Positions 25,624 to 37,790 of a stretch of DNA of 64,000 nucleotides are shown here, in pieces; positions within the stretch are counted from its first letter, which is position 1; every line of letters begins with the position of its first letter. Source of the stretch: the human T2T-CHM13v2.0 reference genome, Homo sapiens. The notes beneath the pieces are model-generated. The model ran no database searches. It was not told where the DNA came from and was given only the letters and a program-made list of their open reading frames with translations. Location: assembly GCF_009914755.1 (NCBI RefSeq), contig NC_060940.1; one strand, given 5' to 3'. The position numbers and the translations under genes were made by a program.

Positions 25624-25983
25624 TCATATGGTTTGGCTGTGTGACCCCCCAAATCTCATCTTGAATTGTAGCTCCAATAATTCCCCTTGTCAAGGGAGGG
25701 ACTTGGTGTGAGTAATTGAATCATGGGAGCGTGTGTACTTCCCCTGCTGTTCTTGTGATAGGGAATAAGTCTCACGAGATCTGATGATTTTATAAAAGGC
25801 AGTTCCCCTGCACACGCTCTCTTGCCTGCTGCCATGTAAGATGTGCCTTTGCTCCTCCTTTGACTTCTGCTATGATTGTGAGGCCTCCCCAGCAATGTGG
25901 AACTGTGAGTCCATTAAACCTCTTTCCTTTATAAGTTACCCAGTCTCTGGTATGTATTTGCAGTATGAGAACAGACTAATATA
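25624..25983 (+). mobile_element. THE1 (THE1D-like) solo LTR nested in an older MLT1
   Basis: TCATATGGTTTGGCTGTGT...AAATCTCATCTTGAATTGTAG to GAACAGACTAATATA; perfect 5-bp TSD AGTAC (25619-25623, 25984-25988). Confidence 0.93.
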
Positions 25984-28900
25984 AGTACCAAGGATACTTC
26001 CTGCTTCTTTGTGTGTGACCCAGAGAGCATTTCCAGACAAAGACCTGAAAACCAATATTATCAGGGCAGCTGAAGTCACACACCCACTCCTGAGCCAATA
26101 AATGGGGCTGGTACATGGAATGTGCTGATTGACTCAGCCTGGTCTCACTCACATTCCACCTTGGGTGAGTAGTATCATCAGCCTGCCCAGAATCACAAAA
26201 ATCAGTGGCTACTGGGGAAGTGGGGGATGGTGGGACAATACATGCTTGAGATTTAACCATAAACATCCTCACACAAATTTAAAAGCCACACAACACTGGA
26301 GGGTAAGGATTCTATCATATCTGACTAGTATTTATAAAAACAATGACATGAGAAAGAGTTAAGTCAGGACTCTTAACAACATACACCACTGTGAGCTCCA
26401 ACTGGGTGGAGACTACACTTATCCTATTCACCAGCATCTCCCCAGGGCCTGACACTGTGAATTTGGGGTCATTGGTGGTTATGAGTGTCAGACTACTTGG
26501 TAGGAGTCTGAATCCCAGCCCTACCTCTTATATGCATGAATTCTTATGTGAAGGAGGAATAATTCAGGATCTAGCCAAAGGGTGTGTGAGCATCCAATGA
26601 AGGAATATCTGTAAAGCACATAAAATAAGTCTAGCAAATAGGAATCATTCAAAGAATGCTATTCATTATTATTATTATCAACTGGTACTTCCCAGCCCCA
26701 ATCTAAGCCTTCAGTGACATTTCCCATTAAACATATTCATAGAAGGAAAAATTGCTGGCTACAACATACCCCACAGTGTCTTGACTTTTTACCTGTATCA
26801 TTGATGTCCTTCTTTTTAAGACCCAAAGCAAAAGCTACCTTCTCTGTGAACCCCTTCTTCATCCCCAGAGCTGGAAGCAATCTCCCTTTGCCCTCTATTC
26901 TCACAGATCTTTCTTTCCCTTTCTTTTGGAGTCCTTGTCAGATTGTATTGCCATTTCCCTCTTACTTTTCCTGAGACACTCAGATGTTTGTGACAATGTA
27001 TTAAATTCTGCCTAGAGATCAGCCCCACAGTGGTATTTCAATAGAAGACTCAGAGCAACAAGTAAGGGACTCAATCTCTGGGAATTGGGATTGGCATCTA
27101 GATGTATCTAGATTTTGAGGATTCCTTTGGTTACAAGCTAAAACTCTGACTCAAACTAATTAGCAGAATGAGAATAATAGTATGGTTGTTGCAATGAGAT
27201 GGTGACGTTACTGATGCCTACAGATTCAGAGAATGGTAAGTTATTGTAATATTTGTAATTGCAAAGGACTCAGAAATTTACTAAGATGCAACACTCAGCT
27301 GAAGATAACACAGCACAAACCCACTAGGGCCTGAAAGTTCCCCAGCTGTGGAGGATGCCATCTGCATGGAGGAAAGATTCGCCAGGTGTAAGAAGCTCTG
27401 TGTGCCTATTTTATGGAGGGTGGGGCCGGTGGTTAATACCCTGCTGGCTCCTGTCTTCCCTGACTCTTCTGCAGCCTCTGGTGACTTCCCTGCTCCCTCA
27501 TACCAACACATTCGTGATTGAGAGATTGGGTGAGTTGCAGACTGATTTTCAAGGATCAAGACCTAGGAGGCCCAAGCTGCAGCCAAGCCTGAGGACCTTT
27601 CCTGAAATTGAGTTCTTACTAAGTGTTCAGCTGGAATAGCTCCATGAGACAGGTGCTATTATCCTCCCCATTCTACAGTAGAAGAAACTAAGACACAAAG
27701 GGCAGTGAAGTGAGTTGTTCTAGCACCAGAGTTAGTGACCGTATATATCTATGTGATTCCACAACCCAAACTCTCAATCTCTAACCTGTAGTGTGCCCTG
27801 TTGATTGCACATGATTGAAGGAAGGGTGAAACAGTTGAACAACTTGAGAGATCCAGGGGTCTATTCTCTTCACCTCAGACTTCTCATTGGCAGGTGGGGT
27901 TCATTTTCTCTCACTGCAAATGAGAAGCCTTCTTGGTAAGGAACATGTCTTAATTACAGCTTCTGCATTGCATATCTTGTGGTTCCATTCAGTGTCTGGT
28001 GCTGATAAACTTAGGTCAGGGAGACGGGACTCTGTAAGAACTGGGATGTCCCTGCTGGAGTGGGTGGAAGAGCTGATGGGAGGTATTGGTTGTAGAATGC
28101 CCACAGAGATGCCCACACAGTAACTAAAGTCTCAGCTTCTCTATAAAGTCATACAGCAAACTGAAAAGATGAAATATATACAGCAAGCAGCCAGTGTCTT
28201 TAAAAAAAAAAAAAGATGGAAATGGTCACCAGGTTTTTTTCATCTTTACGTCTGCTTAATGACAAGTATTCTTGCTCACTGCCAGAAATAATAAAGCAAG
28301 AGAAAGGAAAGACAGAATAACAAAGATTTGCACAGTTTCTGAGGCTTGGAAATCATGTTTTGGGCAAGGCATAGCCAACAAAGGTTATCTGCTTTTGAAC
28401 CTTAATAACTAAAGCATGCAAAGCCCCTGTCTGGCATTACCGGTCCTTCTCTGCCCTTATCAAGCTGTGTGACTTTGGACAAGTCACTTGCCCCCCCTGA
28501 GCCTTGGCTTCTTCATCTGTGACTGAGCTGTGAGTGAGGCTAATAGGCAATGGTTTTAAAATTATGTTTTGCTGAGCCCTCAGTCCTTCCACAGACAGCA
28601 TTGTAAGAGGAGGGTCAGGGGCTCTGTGGGTGGGAATCTGAACCCCCAGCTCCACGTTAACCAGTGCAGTCTGCTTTTATCTCTTTTATAATCACAGTTC
28701 TGCATGATATTTTGAGAGAAGAAAGAGTTCTAAGGCTACAAAGAAAATGAAAACCACCCTGCCAACTGATCTCGAAGGCCTTCCAGCCCACATATTCTAG
28801 CAACAGAGGGAGATAATCGTCTGTTTTCTAGTCCCTCAACCTCTTGCAAATGATTTAGGAACCAAAAAGAAACCACACCCAGATGCCTGTTTGTTTGTTG

Positions 28901-31824
28901 CCTTAGGGGGTACCAGGATGGCTCTGTTACCTGATGATGAGAAAATCTCCCCCTCCAAGTGTGAAACTCATCGCAAGGAAAGAACTTTCTCCTCTTTTGC
29001 GGGACATTGCCCTGACACTGCCTATGAGGGGGCATCTTTCTTTCCGCCTTACTGTTTATATTCCCTTCAGAAAATCCAGAGTTGTTGCGGTAAGAGGGAG
29101 ATTAATTCTCCCTCTTGACTAAATGGTTTCATGTGTAGTTTCTTGGTGTCCGTGAGATTGAAATAGAGCTTTTAGAGGCCTGAGCAAAACCATCTATTCA
29201 TTTGAGTTAATAACAACTGCTGACAAACACTATCTTTTCCATCTTGCTGATAAATTATGCCTTTCATGATGGACATCTGATTGTAAGGCTCTTGGCAGTA
29301 CTTGAAGGCATTTAACTTAAAACCATTATTAGATTTTAGTATAGTCCTCCCTTGATACCCCAATCCAAAAATAAGACCTTGAGGTACCTCTGAGATATTT
29401 AAGTATACGTTTTCTTAGGAGACCACCCTCGCACCAAAGGCAAATACTTTAAAAGTTGCTTCGTAATATTAAAAAAGAGAGAGAAATCGAGAGAGAGAGA
29501 AATCGAGAGAGAGAACTGGGTAGGATTTTCATGATTACTAATTTAGCAGTCTCTCAGTTATGTTTTATTGATAGCTCTAAACATAAATTTGCCTTTGGTA
29601 TACTTTGCTGCTGATGCCTAAAAGAAGACGTGTAAGAACACATAATCCCATGCCTAGGGCTTTTCAGAATAATGTACAAAGGCTCTTTGTGGCAACCCAA
29701 GCAAGAGATATTTAAATGGAGAAGTGCAGGGCTTAGGCAGTTCTTCAAATTTGGGCAAAAAGAGAAGTCGCTTGCTGCTCACTCGTGTATCACGCTAAGT
29801 CCCAGTGTTCATGCAGTTTTAAACACGACATTTCTCCTGGTTTATTCTTGAATTAGAAATACTGATCTCAACCACATTTTATTATGTGCAATTGGAGAAT
29901 CGTGTGTGTGAGGCCCCAAGTTCACAGGAGAAAAATAATACATACTGCACTACTTAAGAAGAAGGGGGTTATTTATGACCAAAGCCTGCCGAGGATACCA
30001 CTGTAATGTGTTATCAGATGCCTTTACAGGCTCAAAGAAACACAAAACTTCGTGCACGCAGCCCGTAAAAAGCAATCACTTTAAAGGATTTGCTGTCAGT
30101 TTTTTTTCTCCCGTCTTCTTCCTTTTTTAAATCATGACATGCCAAGGGATAATCAAATGTATATATTTTCTCTTCCAAATACTAATGGGCTTGAACACAG
30201 CGTGAAAGACAGAGAGCTGATTAACGGGGAATGTAATGATGCCATTATAGGCACTATTTTCTTTATAAATAAATGATCTCGATAAAATCTTTTATCCGTG
30301 AGGAATGCCACTGTGAAGGATGTGATAGCATTTATAACAGGGGATGGAGACAGTCTCTTCCTCCTGACGGATAACACCCTGTTTTCACAAATGACAGGTT
30401 AAAAATCAAACCAGTTTTTCTCCAGCTTGCATGCTGCTGGGGATCCAGGCAGTTTAAGAGACCTCAGCTTATGGTACATCAAGGCCCTTCCCAGAAGGGC
30501 GAATGGTCTCTTCTCCTGGCCTCGTTTCTGCAGGCAGCAATATAGGGCAGGAACCGAGAGACATAAAGCCCATCTCTTAGTATTATTTTAAAGGAGACAA
30601 AGTATCTAATAGTGTGCTCTAGGCAAACACACTCTCAGAGGCAGATCAGCTTAACTCCCTGGTATCCTGGAGCACAAAGCATTTTAATAAAAAAAAGATT
30701 TTGGCTGCTGCACATGCGGGTCTGATTCATGGACCTCTTTCATAGATACACGTCCTCAAAGAGAGGCAGCGGGTAGCACACCTGATGTCAAATTGAGCTC
30801 CAGGCTTTCTCAACCAACCCTCCCCCTGCCCTCCCAAATCCTACCCCAGGCCCTAGAGGCCAACTGGGGAGGAAAGAAGAGGCCTCCTTTCTCTCCTCCC
30901 TGCCATCCCTGCTGGAGCAGGAAGCCCTCCACCTTCCCCACGTGACTGTCCCACTCTAAAGGCACAGCCTCATCCCTCCTAGTGGGCGGCGGACTCCAGT
31001 TTCAAGCACTAGCCTTTTCTCACCTTGGACTGCTGAGCCATTGTCAACACTTCTTCCGGGGGACGTCTCGAAGCTCCTCCCAGGCTGAGAGTGAGAGTGT
31101 GAGTTCCAGGGGCACTGGGTGCTTTGCCTTCTTGTAATAAATGTTTCCTGCACTCCTACTGTGTGCAGAATGTGGTGCTGACAGTCAGTTTCTGCCTTGG
31201 GGCTGCTCCAAGAGAGAGCGACGGTGAAACTGGACCCCTAGATGTAAAGGGAGAGGCTCCAGTGGAATCTAAACATAGGGCCAGTCATTCATTTGCCTAT
31301 TTTTGAAAGCGCTGAGTATGCATCAGTTTCTTTACTACTACACGACGATCGCAAGTGTGATCCCTATTTGCCCAGGGACAGCCCTCTGCAACATAACATA
31401 ATAAACACAGCAACCAGGTGCTATGAGATCGAAAGCTTTAAAAAAAAAAAAAAAAAAAAAAAAACAAATTAAGCAGATCTCTCTTGTGGAAAGCCCAGTC
31501 TTATTCAAAAGGAAATCTTGATAAGTCACTGGGGTACAGGGCATCTCCCTACGAAAGGTCAATAAAAAAAATATTTACAAAAATATGCACTTAAAAGAGG
31601 GAGTTCTTTTAACTAAAGGATACTTTATTTGCTAAATGCCGGGATGATTTACAAGTTTATGCCATTTTTCAGGGAGGAATAGACAGGTGGAAGGGAGTAA
31701 AGGAAAGCAGAAGAGGGAAGTAGAGTAAAGGCAGGCCACTTTTGTGACCCAGGAATACCTTATGTAAGTTCATCATTTTAATGATTGCTAAAACTTTAAC
31801 TGATAATTGGAATCACTTCAGGAG

Positions 31825-31988
31825 CAGAGCCAGGACAAGGGTGAGCTAGTGAAGTATCTAGAATGCAGCATTTAAGGAAGCACTCATTCTCAGGGACATG
31901 CAAGCACAGGATCACCTCCTGAGAGTGAGTGCCTCCTTAAATTTTAAAAACTAGGCAGTTTCTTTACCTGGTCCTAGTCCCAACCCTG
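31825..31988. mobile_element. MER96-type palindromic hAT MITE nested in a MER5-family element (about 31800-32135)
   Basis: Arms ATTTAAGGAAGCACTCATTCTCAGG / CCTGAGAGTGAGTGCCTCCTTAAAT; downstream MER5 motif TTTTAAAGCTCCCCAGACGATTCTAATGTGTAGCCAG. Confidence 0.8.
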
Positions 31989-32462
31989 TTGGGAGCCTTA
32001 AAAACTACTAATTTCTGAGCCATCCCGCCCCCCAGCCCACCTCTGATTTAACGTGTCTAGGGATCAACCTGGGCTTTGAGATATTTTAAAGCTCCCCAGA
32101 CGATTCTAATGTGTAGCCAGTTTTGAGAACCACAGACACAGTGGGTTTCCCCAAGCAGGACACAGTAGCAGGGGCTAGAGCTATTAATTATCAAATATCA
32201 GGGCTTGGAACAGGGATGATCAGGTTCTTTGCCTGTAATTGGCTCTTTCTTGGGCAGCCTTGCAAAACTTAGGATTTCCCTCTCCCAATGATACAGCCCT
32301 ATTCTTGAGTAGCTACTGGGAGAGCTTCTGTAACTAGTTCACTAAATTGTGATGACAACCCCAAAGAGTAGATGTTATTACCTTCATGTTATCAAGAGGA
32401 AACTGCAGCCCAGAAAGGTTGAGCCATTTGTCCAATGTACCACACAGAGAGGAAATAGGATG

Positions 32463-32872
32463 TGTCTTATTCTGTTTGTGTTACTAAAAAGGAATATCGG
32501 AGACTGGGTAATGTATAAAGAAGAGAGGTTTATTTGGCTCATGATTCTGCAGGATGTACAGGAAGCATGGTGCTAGCATCTGCTTCAGGGGAGGACTTCA
32601 GGCTGCTTCCCCTCAAGTGGAAGGCAAAGGCGAGACAGCGTGTGCAGAAATCGTATGGCAAGAGAGGAAGCAAGAGGTGTTGGGAGGTGCCAGGCTCTTT
32701 TTAACAATCAGATCTTATGGGAACTAACAAAGTGAGAACTCACTTATCACCATGAGAAGGCAGCAAGGCAGTTAAGAGGGATCTGCTCCCGTGACCCAAA
32801 CAGCTCCCACTTCCAACACTGGAGTTCAAATTTCAACATGAGATTTTCGGGACAAACATCCACACTATAGCA
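32463..32872 (-). mobile_element. MSTB-type MaLR solo LTR
   Basis: GAGACTGGGTAATGTATAAAGAAGAGAGGTTTATTTGGCTCATGATTCTGCAGG...GGACAAACATCCACACTATAGCA. Confidence 0.88.
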
Positions 32873-33812
32873 GGGCTTACAAGATCCAGCCCTGAGTTTT
32901 TCTTTCTTCAAAGCACGTGTTCCTAACCTTCTACTAAGCTACAGTAGGCTCTCCTGAACAAGTGGTCATCTTTAATCAATAGTAATGGTAACTGTGGTTC
33001 TGAATTTGTGAGCTGTAAATACCTTGACTTACAAAAATCTCCTTGCCCTTGACCTTGGAGAAAACCAAGCCACTGTGTGCCTTTTTACCTCCAGTCACCA
33101 GAGTTAGTGGGTGTAGAGCTCTGCCCCCCAAGTCTGTTTCAGTTTGAATCTGATTGCTTCTGGCTCCAGGAAGGGTCCCATGTTCCCATGCCTAGACCTC
33201 CTGCTGATGGCAGGTGAGGCCTCTGGGAATGCGAGGTCCACACTAATTGTCTGCAGTCTCCAGCGCACTCAGCCAATGGCAGTTGTCGTGCAGGGATGCT
33301 GGGGTGAACACCTACATGGGTCCTTGGATTGACATGTCCCTTCAGCTTGGAGATACCTATGACTCACAAGTCATGCTGGGAAAGGAGCTCTGAAAGGCTG
33401 ATGCTTGGTTTTCTGAAAAGCACAGATGATTAAAGGCCTGGAGCAAAGGCGGCCCCAGGAAGATGTCTTTCAAAAGCTGACACCATAACCACAGAGCTTC
33501 ACAAAGAGAATGCAAAGTCCCAAGACCTATAGTACACTTGCATCAAAAACAGAGTGAGCTGATACTGGAATGATCAAGATTTGCATTCTCCGTGGTGCCA
33601 TCATTTAGCCATAGAAATATCCCTTACTTCTTTTTCTCCTGATAGTGTCACTCTTGTGCTTAAGATCTTTTTTGGCTCCCCACTGCCTACCAAGCCAAGT
33701 GCAAGTCCTGTTTCTTCACTTTCCAGTTATATTTACTTGGGCAAGACACCCAACCTCCTAGAGCCAGAGTTTCTTCATCTAAAGTACGGAGATATTCATA
33801 GTACTTACTACT

Positions 33813-34251
33813 TCTGGTACGTTGATTTCAATGTGATTGTGATTTTGCAGCAGGTTCCATCAAGAGGTGGAACTTATTGCCCCACTCCTTGAATCTGGGC
33901 TGGCCATGTGAAGCAAACAGAACCCAACAGAGGTGACTGTGTGCCAATTCTAAGCCTAGACCTCTAGAGGCTTTTCATGTTTCAGAATCCTGCCACTGGA
34001 ATGTGGACGAGCCCAAGCTACCTGACGAAAAGATGTGAAAACAGTCACCAGCCCAGCTGAGGCCACCTAAGACCAGCCAGGCCTAAGATGATCTATTAGT
34101 TGAATCCGGATGCATAAGTGAGCCTCAGACCAGCCAAGCTTGGTCTAGATCTCCAGAACCTCTCTATACCCATGATAAATAATAAATGATTGTTCTTTTA
34201 AGCTGCTAAGTTTTGGACTAGGTTGTTATACAGTTATAACTAATTGATACA
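33813..34251 (+). mobile_element. MLT1F-like LTR nested in a MIR
   Basis: CCATCAAGAGGTGGAAC...AATAAATGATTGTTCTTTTAAGCTGCTAAGTTTTGG...TGATACA; TSD CTACT on both sides. Confidence 0.8.
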
Positions 34252-35589
34252 CTACTTCATAGGAGTTTTGTGATTATCAAATGAGATCAGGTATCTAAAG
34301 TGCTTAGCACAGTGCTTGAAACAGCACAAATGCACAATAAATATCAGTTAGTACGAGGAGTGGTATAATAGTAGCTGCAGCAGAAGAAAATGTTCTAAAC
34401 TTCTTATAATGTTCAGTATAGCTTGTTTATCTTACCGTACACCACCTGGATTGAAGCCAGATTAAGCTACTCTCCACACATGTATTTCTCACATCTTAAA
34501 CTTGGCTATACTCTTCCCTCCCACATGGAGTGTTTTCCTTGCATGTGTACCTCCCAAATTGTCCCTGACTTTGAAGATCTAGCTGAAATATCATCATCTC
34601 CAAGAAGCTTTCAATGATGCCAGTCCATGGAATCAATCTCCCAATTCTCTGTTTATCTGTGGTTCTTTGTTGATTTATCATAAGACTATATACTTCACTT
34701 TGTATCAGAGTTCATTGTGTCTATGTGCCATTCTCGGCTTCAAGTTTTCTGAGGACAGACCTGAGGACATGTTAATCTCTGCTCTTCCCCGATGGACCTA
34801 CCACAGTGCCTAAGTCAGAAAGGACAAATTTGAAATTTTAAGTGCAAGCCAGCTGTAATCAGTTGGTAGTGACTTCCTTGAGTGCTAACTTGGAAATAAT
34901 CCTGAGGCCGTGTCCGGCTCAATCATCAATGTCTTTCAAGGGCACAAAATGGGAAAGGGCAATATCAGAGTAGATATTTGAATATTTGCTGATTACTTCC
35001 AGTTTTAAAATTCCATATTTGAAACAAACAAAATATATGATAGTCTGTCTAATTGTTATGTCATCTCAGCTTCATGACATCCCTGTATTTATTTTTCTCC
35101 ACTTTATGGGAGAGGTTAAATGGCTTGACTCAAATCACTCAGCCAGCAAGCGTCAGTACTCAAACTTGAATATAGATCACTGCCCCTAAACTCAAGGCTG
35201 TTTAGACTGTAGGGTATGAATTGTTCTAATTGACATCATAGCCCTGAGTTTATACTTTCATGCACCATGAAAATTCACTTCATTTATGTCAATTGGAATA
35301 TTTATTTAAAACACAGTAAAGTACACTATAGTCAAAAGCACATATGCACATTGCCCACATACACACAACAGAGAAGCATGAAATCAAAGAACTTGCTTTT
35401 AGTTCTTTCCTTCTATAATTCTCCATGTGGGCAACTGGGCATGTGCCATTGTCATTGCTATAATAGCATCATAAGGCGATAATTTAATGACTGACTTTCC
35501 CAGTACTAAATAAAGACAACATTTTTAGTATAGTAGCTTTGGCTGGGGAACAGCGGTATTCTGGAAAACCCAATTTTCTGGTTAACAAA

Positions 35590-35960
35590 AAGTGACTACA
35601 TGGAATATTATACAATAGTGAGGAATAATGAACTAGATGTACACAGAGAAGTTTGGACAGGTCACAAAAATAGAATGTTTTATGAAAAAATTAGGAAACA
35701 GAGCAAAGTTTTTAGAACAGACAAGTTTACATAAATTAAAAACATGTATGTGAAACCACATTACATATTTTACATATATCACTCATATCCATATCATGGG
35801 AAGGGGAATGGGAAAGGAAATGGAAATCATGGAAAAAATTTGAAATAAGTTAGCAAGAAGGGGCCTCACCCATCCAGTGATAATAATTTGCTAAAAAATT
35901 AAAAAATATGAGCAGCATAACTCTATGGCACAAAGTGCATAACTCTATGACAGAGGTCCA
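35590..35960 (+). mobile_element. Old L1M 3' fragment
   Basis: ATGGAATATTATACAATAGTGAGGAATAATGAACTAGATGTACA. Confidence 0.6.
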
Positions 35961-37589
35961 TTATTTTTAATTAAAAACAAATTAACTAAATTCAATTAAA
36001 GTTTCTGCATAAACCAAATGTGGATTCAAAATATACAAATACCTCGAATACCATCAAAATTGCTTTCCTCTAAAAGTGCTTTTGTATGAAATATACTTTT
36101 CTCTGCCTGTTAGTTCATAAATAAATGGGACACTTTCTATGATCCAAGCATTGGGAATACAAAATAATGTAGAATCTCTGCCCTCAAGAAATTTAAGAAC
36201 TACTAGTACTTATTGAGCACTTATTAAATGCTAAGATCTGCCCCAAGTATGTTACCTATATTGTAATTATTTCTTATAACATGATAGAGATTATTATGTC
36301 CTTTTTAAAGATAAGAAAACTAAGGCTAACAAAAGTCAATGATTTTACCCAAAGACACAGCTAGAAAGAGGCAGAGCTGGAATTCAGACTCAAATCCCCC
36401 TTTCCATAAAGCACAAGTTCTTTCTACAGAATGACATTGTATACAATCTGATACTGGGGCAGGTGGGGGTGAAGATATAAAGCATACAGAATCTCAAGTG
36501 TAATTATTATAAACATCCTATGGACTCTAAGCTTGTTGAGGGCACAGGCCAGTTTTCATTTATCCCTGCAGGGACAGTGCTCAGCATGCTAGCTGACAAC
36601 ATTCTTATTAAATAAAAAAAGTAGTTAACAGCACTATGAACAGAAGTGTGGATTTATGGTCAAACTTTTTGATTAATATCTTTCCAAATGAAGACAATTT
36701 TATTGTATTTATCTTTTTATATATAGACTAGGAAGTTTTACAGACACCTATGGATATTGGCACTTAATTGATACCACATGAAACAATAAACCATGTACCA
36801 ACATGTGCCAGAGAAGATTCTCAGAGCTGGAGACTGTTTGGGTTCTTCTACTTAAATTTAAATCAGTAATCATATCTAGCTTTTAAGTCATCATCATCAT
36901 CACCATCACACCACTAACATTATTTTTGTAATATCTGCCACTATCCATCAAACATATTCCATATGACAAACCATGTGCTAAGCATTTTGCATGCATCATC
37001 TCATTAACAGCCTTATGAATTATTGCTGTTATTTATACCATTTTACAAATGAACAAAATAAACCTCAGAGAAGTTATTTGCCCAAGATCACATAGGTATT
37101 AAGCAATAGAATCATATATTAGTCTGAGTAGGCTAGGATATGCTGCAATAAGAAATAACTCCCAAGTATCACTGTGTTAATTTATGCAAGGTTTGCTGCA
37201 AGTCTGAGTCTCAAGACCAACTCTCCTCTCTAGTGGCTTAGAGATCCAGTAGCTCCACCATGTCAACACAAAACCTGCACATTTGCAGAAGCAGGGAAAG
37301 AGAGTAATGATCATCTCACACGGAGACTTCCTGCTGCCTCCGCCTAGAAGTGACTCACATTGCTCATATTTCTGTATCCCAGACTAGTAACATGAGTTTT
37401 TCTAATGGCAAGGAGGCTTGGAAGTATTGTCTCCAGCATATCCAGGAAGAAAAGAAGTGTATATAGATGAACAGTAGGACTATCTGCACAAATAGGGACT
37501 CCAAAAGCCTCTTAATCCATGGAGACACCTGCATCCACCATGAATATTAGGTTTGACTTCTTGAATACTTCCACAGGGCATGGCAAGGG

Positions 37590-37790
37590 TCGTCACTTGC
37601 TGTGCGTTGACCCTGTGCTCAGACCTTTACAAGGCCAGTTATGCACTACTGCTTAGCCCTCACAATAATACCATGAGATAGGCACTATTGTCCCCATTTT
37701 ATAGATGAGGAAACTGAGGCTCAGAGAGATGAGGTGAATTCCCCCAAGCCAGAGCTGAGGACCAAAGCAAGAGTTTTCTACCTCAAAAAC
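37590..37790 (-). mobile_element. MIR
   Basis: CCCCATTTTATAGATGAGGAAACTGAGGCTCAGAGAG. Confidence 0.85.

Noticed and set aside
35915-35949. 13-bp direct repeat GCATAACTCTATG at 22-bp spacing
   Set aside because: Small duplication inside a decayed L1 fragment with no functional cue
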